Positions 1-8,040 of a stretch of DNA of 58,923 nucleotides are shown here, one piece after another. The stretch comes from a virus (taxonomy: Duplodnaviria > Caudoviricetes): positions 1 to 58,923 of the IMG/VR virus record IMGVR_UViG_3300046171_000010, one strand, 5' to 3'. Within the stretch, counting starts at the first letter, position 1. Each line of letters opens with the position of its first letter. The notes under the pieces are model-generated. The model saw only the letters and a program-made list of their open reading frames with translations, was not told the DNA's origin and did not search any database. The translations under genes were made by a program, and so were the position numbers.

Positions 1-1
1 G

Positions 2-2209
2 CACTCTACCTCTGGCGGCAACTACAACGTGGTTGTGGGCGATGAAGCGGGTACGGCTTTGACTACGGGGGATGACAATGTTGCTATCGGCTATGCCGCA
101 CTGGATGCCGAAGATACTGGCACGAAATCAATTGCTATCGGCACGAATGCGTTAGGCGCACAAAATATTGATGGTGCTAGTCATAATGTTGCCGTTGGTT
201 ATCACGCAGGTACAACAATAACCTCTGGTGCGTTTAACACGTTAGTGGGGAATCTTACGGGAGACGCTTTAACCACCGGCAATGAAAATGTCGCTTTCGG
301 TTTGAGTGCTTTAGGTAGTGATGTTGCAGGGAACAAATCGACCGCTTTGGGTAGAGGTACTTTAAAGGTACAAAACTTTACTGCGTCTACAGATTCTTAT
401 AATACGGCGGTTGGGTATGAAGCAGGCGCGGCAGTCACCACGGGCGTTCAGAACACTATAGTGGGTGGTCTTGCTGGTGATGCTCTCACGGAAGGTAGTA
501 ACAATACAGCCGTAGGTATAAACGCACTTACATCTGATATTAAAGGTAGCAAATCAACCGCTATAGGCTCTGGAGCATTGGCAATTCAAGGCTTTTCTTC
601 GGCTACGGATGTTTACAATACGGCAGTCGGTTTCAACGCAGGAGTCTCAGTCACCACGGGCATTCAAAACACCTTGGTGGGTGGTCTTGCTGGGGATGCA
701 CTAACTGATGCAGATTACAACGTAGCTTTAGGTTATCAGGCTTTAACTGGAGACACTTTAGGTTCAAGAAGTGTCGCTGTAGGTCGCAGGGCATTAGCCA
801 CACAAAACTTTACTACGGCTACAGACTCTTACAATACGGCTATGGGCTACGCTGCGGGTGAATCAGTCACCACAGGAACTAAAAACACTATCCTTGGTGG
901 CGAAGCTGGCGATGCTTTTACGGAAGGCTCAGACAATGTTGCCTTGGGCTACAACGCTCTCACGGCAGATACTCTAGGAAGTCGATCAACAGCTTTAGGC
1001 AGGTCTGCACTTCAAAATCAAAACTTCACTACTGCGACAAACGCATACAACGTGGCTATTGGATACGCTGCTGGAGATGCAGTCACCACGGGAGATCGTA
1101 CAACCCTCGTTGGCGGTCTTGCTGGAGATGCGATTACTACCGCAGATGCTAACACTGCCGTTGGGTATGAGGCATTGAGCGGGGAAACAGGAGCCGAGGT
1201 AAATGTAGCAGTAGGTTTTCAAGCTTTAAAGGCTCAAAACATAGGATCTGGGTCAGGTAACAATGTCGCCGTAGGTTCAAATGCAGGTCTGTCAGTCACC
1301 ACGGGAATCCAGAACACCATAGTGGGTGGCCAAGCTGGCGATGCTCTTACGGATGCTGATGACAATACAGCTTTAGGAATATTTGCTTTAACCGCAGATA
1401 CTTTAGGCAGTAATACAACAGCTATTGGCGCTAGTGCGTTAGCTAATCAAAACTTTACATCAGCAACTGACAGCAACAATACCGCCGTTGGTTATTTTGC
1501 TGGTTTAAATGTAACCACGGGAACCGCTAACACGCTCATCGGCAATAATACTGGTCAAACTTTTACGGACGGCATACAAAATACGGCTCTAGGGTACGCA
1601 GCTTTAGGCAGCGCAACGCAAGGCGCTAGTTACAATCAATGTATCGGAACGGTTGCGGGTAATTCGATTACGTCTGGAAACAATAACATGGCTATCGGCT
1701 ATGGAGCTTTGCTGACAGGTAGGCCGGGAGGAAATGTCACAACAGGCAGTAACATAATTGGGATAGGCAATGCAGACCATACGGCAGCGCACATTCAAAT
1801 ATCGTTAACAATAGCTTCTGATGCAAGAGACAAAACAGACTTCACGCCTTTAGACCTCGGTTTAGATTTTGTTAAGTCTTTATCGCCTTTCACCTACAAG
1901 TGGGATAAACGCTCAAAATATGGTGACAACACTGCCGCTGACTATGATCTTTCAGCACAAACTCCAGATGGCACTCACAAAGAAGACTGGCTAGACATAG
2001 GTTTTAAAGCTCAAGAAGTAGAAGCCTTAGAAATTGCCGCAGGGTACAACAAAGACAACAAGACCAATCTAGTATCTAGCTGTTCTGAAGATGGTAAGCA
2101 GATGGGCCTTCAGTACGAAAAGTTCGTACCTATCTTAGTCAAAGCAATCCAAGACCAAGATGCAATCATCACAGCACTTACAGCGCGTGTCGCCGCGCTG
2201 GAATCATAA
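2..2209 (+). CDS. Tail fibre/spike, C-terminal part, with 72-aa repeats and a C-terminal intramolecular chaperone (peptidase S74-like) domain; 5' part is at 58419-58923
   Basis: The frame is open from position 2. It has YadA-like N(T/V)AxGxxAL repeats, an 'ASDARDKTDF' autocleavage-type motif and a terminal coiled coil (KAIQDQDAIITALTARVAALE). Confidence 0.85.
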   Translation, partial: HSTSGGNYNVVVGDEAGTALTTGDDNVAIGYAALDAEDTGTKSIAIGTNALGAQNIDGASHNVAVGYHAGTTITSGAFNTLVGNLTGDALTTGNENVAFGLSALGSDVAGNKSTALGRGTLKVQNFTASTDSYNTAVGYEAGAAVTTGVQNTIVGGLAGDALTEGSNNTAVGINALTSDIKGSKSTAIGSGALAIQGFSSATDVYNTAVGFNAGVSVTTGIQNTLVGGLAGDALTDADYNVALGYQALTGDTLGSRSVAVGRRALATQNFTTATDSYNTAMGYAAGESVTTGTKNTILGGEAGDAFTEGSDNVALGYNALTADTLGSRSTALGRSALQNQNFTTATNAYNVAIGYAAGDAVTTGDRTTLVGGLAGDAITTADANTAVGYEALSGETGAEVNVAVGFQALKAQNIGSGSGNNVAVGSNAGLSVTTGIQNTIVGGQAGDALTDADDNTALGIFALTADTLGSNTTAIGASALANQNFTSATDSNNTAVGYFAGLNVTTGTANTLIGNNTGQTFTDGIQNTALGYAALGSATQGASYNQCIGTVAGNSITSGNNNMAIGYGALLTGRPGGNVTTGSNIIGIGNADHTAAHIQISLTIASDARDKTDFTPLDLGLDFVKSLSPFTYKWDKRSKYGDNTAADYDLSAQTPDGTHKEDWLDIGFKAQEVEALEIAAGYNKDNKTNLVSSCSEDGKQMGLQYEKFVPILVKAIQDQDAIITALTARVAALES
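216..1521 (+). repeat. Degenerate 216-nt (72-aa) tandem repeat in the tail fibre
   Basis: The anchor CAGTCACCAC(G/A)GG occurs at 432, 648, 864, 1080 and 1293, with degenerate copies at 216 and 1509. Confidence 0.9.
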
Positions 2210-2219
2210 GGAGGACATC

Positions 2220-2480
2220 ATGTCTGAAGAAGCAGTAGCCCGTACCGACGAAGAAAAAGCCAAGATGTATCAAGCGATGCTAGATGGCGCTAATGTCATT
2301 ACCAGCGTGCTAGATGCAAACAACGAGTATGGCAATGACCTGACGAATGCTGAAAAGCAGGAAAAGGTTTTGCGTAGCTCTGGATACCTTGAATACGGCA
2401 AGGCGCTAGGCGATTGGGGGTCAGAAGACTTTTCTGCTATCGACAGTGCTGTTACCGCAGCCAAAGCATATACACCATAA
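2220..2480 (+). CDS. Hypothetical protein, possible tail-fibre assembly factor
   Basis: Strong SD AAGGAGG precedes the ATG at 2220. The gene directly follows the tail fibre. Confidence 0.7.
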   Translation: MSEEAVARTDEEKAKMYQAMLDGANVITSVLDANNEYGNDLTNAEKQEKVLRSSGYLEYGKALGDWGSEDFSAIDSAVTAAKAYTP

Positions 2481-2493
2481 GGAAAAATAGACC

Positions 2494-2676
2494 GTGCAAA
2501 TTAGCCTAGAAGAAAACGAGATCAACGCAATCCTAGCGATCCTTGGCGATATGCCAAGTAAGTCAGGCACTTGGCCTTTGATGATGAAGATTAAGGTACA
2601 AGCTGACGCGCAACTCGTTGAGCCAGAAGAGGACGAAGAAGGCGAGGAAGAGACTGAAGAAGTCGTAAATGGCTGA
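2494..2676 (+). CDS. Small acidic hypothetical protein
   Basis: AAGGA precedes a GTG start, and the stop overlaps the next start. Confidence 0.65.
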   Translation: MQISLEENEINAILAILGDMPSKSGTWPLMMKIKVQADAQLVEPEEDEEGEEETEEVVNG

Positions 2677-3379
2677 AATACAGTTTCAGATGCACCCACT
2701 GCCGTCAGTGTTTCTGATGGAGTTGGACATCCCGACAGAGTTTGTTGAGTCCTGTAACGACTACCTTGATGAGCTAGTTACACAGGACGATAAGGTTAGC
2801 GCAGCGCATACGCTGGTTGGTCAGATCAAGACAGGTGAGCAGCTTGTAATGGATCACGAAGATCCAAGGCTGGCACCGTTTTCTAGGTTCTTGTGCGAGA
2901 TGGGCGTGACGTATATTAACCAGTTTATGGCCCAATCTGGTCAGTCGCTGGACGGTAACAGAAACGTCGAAATGGATGAGCTATGGTCAGTCCACAGCTA
3001 CGAGGGCGATTACAACCCGATCCATGACCACGGCACGAAGACGGTGATGGGCATTAGCTGTACGACATGGACTAAGGTGCCGCCACAGATAGTGCAGGGG
3101 CCAAGGCCGGGATCGCAAGAATACGGGCTGTATAACGCCTCTGGTGAGTCAGATGGCTGTTTGTGCTTCAACTACGGACAGAGCAGCACATGGGATAGAG
3201 AACGGCTCAAGCCTACGCAGAATGTCGTAGTCAGGCCGCAGGTGGGACGGTTATATATGTTTCCATCGTGGATGCAGCATATGGTGTATCCGTTTCAGGG
3301 GGAAGGCGAGCGAAGGACAGTAGCCGCCAATATCAATTGTTTTCCTGTAGAGGGACAGCAAAATGGACATAAGCATTAG
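2669..3379 (+). CDS. Putative 2OG-Fe(II) oxygenase
   Basis: Motifs YNPIHDH, FPSWMQHMVYP and RRTVAAN are typical of phage 2OG-Fe(II) oxygenases. Confidence 0.8.
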   Translation: MAEIQFQMHPLPSVFLMELDIPTEFVESCNDYLDELVTQDDKVSAAHTLVGQIKTGEQLVMDHEDPRLAPFSRFLCEMGVTYINQFMAQSGQSLDGNRNVEMDELWSVHSYEGDYNPIHDHGTKTVMGISCTTWTKVPPQIVQGPRPGSQEYGLYNASGESDGCLCFNYGQSSTWDRERLKPTQNVVVRPQVGRLYMFPSWMQHMVYPFQGEGERRTVAANINCFPVEGQQNGHKH

Positions 3380-3566
3380 TGATACTGCTCAGATTAGTTG
3401 GAAGCAGATAGCCGTACAGAAACAAGAGCGGTTAAGAACAGGCGCTGAAGGCGAGACTGTGCGCGAGGCGGTGGAAACGATCATACCGACTATGTACACC
3501 AAAGAAGGTAACAAGGTAGAGGCGCAACCATTAGCGCCTACTCAACGAGTCAACATAAGCGTTTAG
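3363..3566 (+). CDS. Hypothetical protein
   Basis: ORF tightly packed in the operon, with GAGGG upstream. Confidence 0.6.
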   Translation: MDISISDTAQISWKQIAVQKQERLRTGAEGETVREAVETIIPTMYTKEGNKVEAQPLAPTQRVNISV

Positions 3567-3575
3567 GAGCTAACA

Positions 3576-3701
3576 ATGGCTGAACTCAGTGATGTACAAA
3601 AAAGGAAGCTGATAAAAGAACTTCGCGGGGCTTCCAAACTTCACGCCGGTCAAGCAGATCGAATTGAAAAGACTTTGGCGAAAAAGAAGAAGAAGAAGTG
3701 A
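3576..3701 (+). CDS. Small basic protein, 41 aa (MAELSDVQKRKLIKELRGASKLHAGQADRIEKTLAKKKKKK), missing from the ORF track
   Basis: SD TAGGAG, ATG at 3576, and the TGA overlaps the next GTG. Confidence 0.7.
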   Translation: MAELSDVQKRKLIKELRGASKLHAGQADRIEKTLAKKKKKK

Positions 3702-3886
3702 GTGACGCAGGCGAAAAAGCACTAAACGAAGTGAACGCCCATGAGCGGGAGTGTGCCTTGCGCTACCAGCGTATTGAAGAGCGCCTTGCAGAAGGCTCTG
3801 ACAAGTTTAAGCACCTAGAACATCTTATCTACGGGTTGTATGCGTTAATTGCCGCAGCGGCTTTGCCGCAGTTCTTTATGGGGTAA
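3698..3886 (+). CDS. Small coiled-coil protein with a C-terminal TM helix (lysis region)
   Basis: HERECALRY motif followed by a hydrophobic C-terminus. Confidence 0.7.
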   Translation: MSDAGEKALNEVNAHERECALRYQRIEERLAEGSDKFKHLEHLIYGLYALIAAAALPQFFMG

Positions 3887-3889
3887 GCC

Positions 3890-4354
3890 ATGATTATTGA
3901 GTCTGTTGCAGCCGCTGGCATGTTGCTCCAGCAGATCAATTCGGTCATTCAAAATGTGAATGAGGGCAAGGCTAACGTCCAGCAGGCGATGTCCTTGGTA
4001 TCGGACTTCGGTGAAGCTCTTAACACGTTTGAGATAGACCGTAAGGCTTCGACGTTTAGCCCGTTATCAAAACACGACATCTTGAAGCTACAGATGTTGC
4101 GTAGGTCGCAGGAGCGATACCAAAAAGATCTTAGGGATTTGTTACTCGTCGCAGACCCTAAGCTGTTAGAGGATTATGACAATGCCATTAGACAGCAAGA
4201 GCATGACCGAAGAGCGCACGCACAAATGCTTGTTCGTAAGCGGAAAGAGCGCGAACATCTTATTAATCAGTTTTTAGTGGGAGGCACCACTTTGATTATT
4301 GGTGGAGCGATAATCGCCGGGGGTTTTGCAATCATATTGAGACTATACGGATGA
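3890..4354 (+). CDS. Hypothetical membrane-anchored protein
   Basis: Coiled coil plus a C-terminal hydrophobic segment, translationally coupled to the next gene. Confidence 0.7.
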   Translation: MIIESVAAAGMLLQQINSVIQNVNEGKANVQQAMSLVSDFGEALNTFEIDRKASTFSPLSKHDILKLQMLRRSQERYQKDLRDLLLVADPKLLEDYDNAIRQQEHDRRAHAQMLVRKRKEREHLINQFLVGGTTLIIGGAIIAGGFAIILRLYG

Positions 4355-4566
4355 TAATGGCGTTCCTGCTAGTAGTGCTTGTTGAAGGTGAGCCGATTGC
4401 CGATCAGTTCTATTTTCGCAATATTCAACGGTGCAATCAGTTTGCACAGTGGGTCGAGTCGGGCAAGGTAGATCTGGTCAAAGACCGCAGAGTACAGCGA
4501 CAAACCAATATCAGCGCCTACTGTATACCTAAGCGTATCAATCAAAACACAAAGACATACGACTAA
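4351..4566 (+). CDS. Hypothetical protein with hydrophobic N-terminus and two Cys
   Basis: ATGA overlap upstream and TAATG overlap downstream. Confidence 0.65.
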   Translation: MIMAFLLVVLVEGEPIADQFYFRNIQRCNQFAQWVESGKVDLVKDRRVQRQTNISAYCIPKRINQNTKTYD

Positions 4567-4892
4567 TGGCAGCTAAGAAGTTACAAGAAGGCTCTGAATA
4601 CGCCGAATACGATGCGGATGGGGATGGTGTAGTCACCGACGAAGAGCTACAAACTAGCAAGGAGTTGCAGGAGCTGCGGTTACGGCATGAACGAGCCGAT
4701 GCTCAACGTGCTATGAGTTGGTTTGCCTTATGGGGGATGCTGTTATATCCCAGCTTGGTCGTGGCATCAGAGCTTTTTGGGCTGAATCAAGCAGCATCTA
4801 TTCTGGGCGATATGGCTGCGGTCTACTTTGTATCCGTTGCAGGTATACTGGCTGCGTTTTTTGGGGCGCAGGCTTGGTCAAATAGGAAATAG
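4566..4892 (+). CDS. Membrane protein with an EF-hand-like loop and 2 TM segments (holin/antiholin-like)
   Basis: DADGDGVVTDEE loop and two hydrophobic helices, next to the holin and lysozyme genes. Confidence 0.65.
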   Translation: MAAKKLQEGSEYAEYDADGDGVVTDEELQTSKELQELRLRHERADAQRAMSWFALWGMLLYPSLVVASELFGLNQAASILGDMAAVYFVSVAGILAAFFGAQAWSNRK

Positions 4893-4895
4893 ATT

Positions 4896-5279
4896 ATGAG
4901 TTTAGTCGGACAACTGATTGAGCCGGTTACAGGGCTGTTAGATAAGTTCATCGAAGACAAAGATCAGAAGAATGCGCTGGCACACGAGATCGCAACTATG
5001 TCAGAGCGCCACGCGCAGGAAGCACTCAAGGGCCAGCTTGAAATCAACAAGATGGAAGCTGCACATAAGTCGTTATTTGTAGCGGGGTGGCGACCTGCTA
5101 TTGGCTGGATCTGTGCGTTGGGCCTGCTCTACAACACCATCATCGCCAACATAATCAGCATCTGGGTAGATGTGCCAGAGGTAGATACAACGCTTCTTGT
5201 GCCCGTTATGATGGGTATGCTCGGATTGGGCGCAATGAGAAGCTACGAGAAGGTCAATTCCGTAGCACGGGAGAGGTGA
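4896..5279 (+). CDS. Holin, 3TM GTA-type
   Basis: Motifs SLFVAGWRPAIGW and GMLGLGAMRSYEK; lies directly upstream of the lysozyme. Confidence 0.8.
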   Translation: MSLVGQLIEPVTGLLDKFIEDKDQKNALAHEIATMSERHAQEALKGQLEINKMEAAHKSLFVAGWRPAIGWICALGLLYNTIIANIISIWVDVPEVDTTLLVPVMMGMLGLGAMRSYEKVNSVARER

Positions 5280-5698
5280 TGAGCAAGCTAGTCGAAATGA
5301 TAAAGCGCCATGAAGGCGTCAAGTCTAAAGTCTATAAATGCAGTCAGGGGTTTGAAACCATAGGTGTTGGCAGAAACGTCTCAGAGTCTGGCCTTGGGTT
5401 GTCTGATGATGAAATCGAATACTTGTTGGCAAATGACATAGCGCGAGTAAAAAGCGAGCTTGCAGACACATATTTCTGGTTTAATGGCATTAACGAAGCG
5501 CGGCAAGATGCCATGATCGACATGTGCTTCAACCTTGGTCTGACCAGACTGCGTGGCTTTGTGAACGCTTTAGAGGCCATGTCACGCGAGCAGTTCGATA
5601 TTGCGGCGGACGAATTCATGGATAGCAAATGGGCGAAGCAAGTTGGGACGAGGGCGCTTCGTGTAACCGAAATGATCCGCGACGGTGAGTACCAGTAA
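5279..5698 (+). CDS. Endolysin, T4-like lysozyme (GH24)
   Basis: IKRHEG...Y...TIGVGRN, DMCFNLG and SKWAKQV motifs. The start is at the TGATG overlap at 5279. Confidence 0.9.
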   Translation: MSKLVEMIKRHEGVKSKVYKCSQGFETIGVGRNVSESGLGLSDDEIEYLLANDIARVKSELADTYFWFNGINEARQDAMIDMCFNLGLTRLRGFVNALEAMSREQFDIAADEFMDSKWAKQVGTRALRVTEMIRDGEYQ

Positions 5699-7548
5699 TG
5701 CCACTACGTAAGTTAACCCTACGCCCCGGTGTGAACAAAGAAGTTACACGTTATGTAGATGAAGAAGGCTGGGCTGACTGCGATAAAGTACGTTTTCGTG
5801 CTGGGTACCCCGAAAAAATAGGTGGATGGCAGCAAATATCTGGTAATACGTTCCTTGGTGTTGCACGTTCTCTATTCAATTGGGTTACGTTAGAAGGTCA
5901 AAATCTCCTTGGTGTCGGCACTAACCTCAAGTTTTACGTAGAAAAGGGTGGAGAATACTTTGATGTGACGCCTGAACGTACGCCGTCTGGTGTGTCTCTT
6001 ACTAATCCTTTTACGACTGTTTCTGGCTCTACCACTGTCACTGTTACAGATGCCAATGGAGGCTACATAAACGGTGATTTTGTCACGTTTAGCGGAGCTT
6101 CTGCTGCGGGTGGGCTGACCCTAAACGGAGAGTTTCAGATAACGTACTCTACCGGCAACACCTACACCATAGAATCAAGCAGCGCAGCTTCATCATCTGC
6201 CACTGGTGGGGGTTCTGTAACGGCAAAATACCAGATAAACATTGGCCCAGAGTTTGTTGTGCCTTTAGTTGGTTGGGGTGCTGGTGGGTGGAATGAAGGT
6301 ACATGGGGTAATGGATCTACTTCTACAGACTCTTTGCGTTTGTTTAGCCAGTCTAATTTCGGCGAAGATTTAGTATTTGGCCCTCGTGGTGACAGTATCT
6401 ACTACTGGGATGCTTCTGGAGGTCTTGAGACCCGCGCAGTAGAGCTATCTTCTCTATCGGGCGCTTCTAATACGCCAACAAAACAAAACTTTATACTTGT
6501 ATCCGATGTAAGTCGTTTTGTGTTCTGTTTTGGAGCCAATACGCTAGGTTCTGCGGTACAAGACCCCATGCTTATTCGATGGTCAGACCAAGAAGACGTT
6601 ACTAACTGGACTCCTAGTGCTACTAACCAAGCGGGTGATCTGCGTCTGTCTAAAGGTTCTGAAATAATAGGTGCGTTGCAGTCCCGCCAAGAAATACTGG
6701 TGTGGACAAACTCTGCGCTGTACGCATTGCAGTATCTAGGCGGTACGATTGTGTGGGGGTCTCAGCTTCTTGCAGATAACGTATCTATAGCTTCTCAAAA
6801 CGCTGCTTCTTTCTCGGATGGAGTCACTTACTGGATGGGGCTTGATTCCTTCTACGTATACGACGGCACCGTCAAAAACTTACCATGTGATCTAAAACGT
6901 CATGTATTTAACGATATAAACTACGAACAGATAGAACAGGTATTTGCGGGTACAAACGAAGGGTTTGACGAAGTTTGGTGGTTTTATCCGTCAGCTAGTT
7001 CAACCACTGTAGACAAGTATGTTGTGTACAACCATGCACAAGGTATTTGGTATTTTGGCAGTTTGGCTCGTTCTGCGTGGCTTGATACAGGTATTAGGCA
7101 GTTCCCTGTTGCAGCTACATACAGCAACAACTTAGTCACACATGAAGACGGTGTAGACGACAACGAAAGCGGCACAAGAGCAGCTATTACTGCATTTATA
7201 ACCTCTGGTGAGTTCGATATAGACGATGGTGACAGGTTCTCGTTTATACGCCGAGTGCTACCTGACTTGACGTTTGATGGATCTACTGCGGACAGCCCTA
7301 CAGCTACGCTAGAACTTCTACCGCTACAGTCTTCAGGTTCGGGATACAACAGCCCTGCATCAGAGGGTGGAAGCAGTAGTGGCTCCGTCGTGAGATCTGC
7401 AACAGTACCTGTCGAAAAGTACACCACACAGATAAACACGCGAGTGCGGGGCAGGCAGTTATCCATAAAGGTGCAGTCAGCAGATTTAGGCGTGCAGTGG
7501 CAGCTTGGAGCACCAAGGCTTGATATACGTCCTGATGGGAGGCGATAG
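5698..7548 (+). CDS. Tail nozzle / DNA stabilisation protein (P22 gp10-like)
   Basis: 616-aa beta-rich protein with IRWSDQED and EVWWFYPS motifs, located before the internal virion genes. Confidence 0.7.
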   Translation: MPLRKLTLRPGVNKEVTRYVDEEGWADCDKVRFRAGYPEKIGGWQQISGNTFLGVARSLFNWVTLEGQNLLGVGTNLKFYVEKGGEYFDVTPERTPSGVSLTNPFTTVSGSTTVTVTDANGGYINGDFVTFSGASAAGGLTLNGEFQITYSTGNTYTIESSSAASSSATGGGSVTAKYQINIGPEFVVPLVGWGAGGWNEGTWGNGSTSTDSLRLFSQSNFGEDLVFGPRGDSIYYWDASGGLETRAVELSSLSGASNTPTKQNFILVSDVSRFVFCFGANTLGSAVQDPMLIRWSDQEDVTNWTPSATNQAGDLRLSKGSEIIGALQSRQEILVWTNSALYALQYLGGTIVWGSQLLADNVSIASQNAASFSDGVTYWMGLDSFYVYDGTVKNLPCDLKRHVFNDINYEQIEQVFAGTNEGFDEVWWFYPSASSTTVDKYVVYNHAQGIWYFGSLARSAWLDTGIRQFPVAATYSNNLVTHEDGVDDNESGTRAAITAFITSGEFDIDDGDRFSFIRRVLPDLTFDGSTADSPTATLELLPLQSSGSGYNSPASEGGSSSGSVVRSATVPVEKYTTQINTRVRGRQLSIKVQSADLGVQWQLGAPRLDIRPDGRR

Positions 7549-7724
7549 TGACTACTTACAATTCCATAGCACCTCGGCTACCTACACCCCCAAAAGAATA
7601 CACGCAGGTGTCGTTTGAGCAGTTTAATAACGTATTGCGTATATACTTTAATCAGCTAGATGAGAGCATAAAAGAAGCAGCCGTTTCTACTGAATCTCAA
7701 GCGCAGGTGTGGTTCCTTGGCTAA
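7548..7724 (+). CDS. Small virion-associated protein, 58 aa (MTTYNSIAPRLPTPPKEY...LRIYFNQLD...), missing from the ORF track
   Basis: The GTG overlaps the upstream TAG, GGAGG is the SD, and the ORF fills the gap exactly. Confidence 0.7.
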   Translation: MTTYNSIAPRLPTPPKEYTQVSFEQFNNVLRIYFNQLDESIKEAAVSTESQAQVWFLG

Positions 7725-8040
7725 TCAATACAAAAACGCAAAGGTAGATTTGACTACCACTAACGCAACTACGCTGTACACATGCCCAACAGCAAAGACT
7801 GCGATTGTTAAGTCTATACTCGTGTCAGAAGATTCTGGCAACGCTGATACTATAACGGTAACGCTTACCGATGCTGCTACTGCGGTGTTCAGTGTATTTA
7901 AGGTCAAGGCTGTTGGCGCTAACGCCACAGTAGAACTGCTTACTGCACCTATAGTGGTAGAAGAGTCGGAGATATTGAAAGTCACTGCCGCAACCGCTAA
8001 CAGGTTACACGTTGTAGCCAGTTTACTGGAGGTTACGTAA
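7717..8040 (+). CDS. Putative small structural protein
   Basis: Thr/Ala/Val-rich beta-type protein, coupled to its neighbours. Confidence 0.65.
   Translation: MANQYKNAKVDLTTTNATTLYTCPTAKTAIVKSILVSEDSGNADTITVTLTDAATAVFSVFKVKAVGANATVELLTAPIVVEESEILKVTAATANRLHVVASLLEVT

Noticed and set aside
2-2209. Diversity-generating retroelement acting on the tail fibre
   Set aside because: No reverse transcriptase is present, and there is no template/variable pair with adenine-specific differences.
5087-5278. N-terminal extension of the lysozyme ORF
   Set aside because: It overlaps the holin in another frame. The coupled ATG at 5279 has a GAGG SD.
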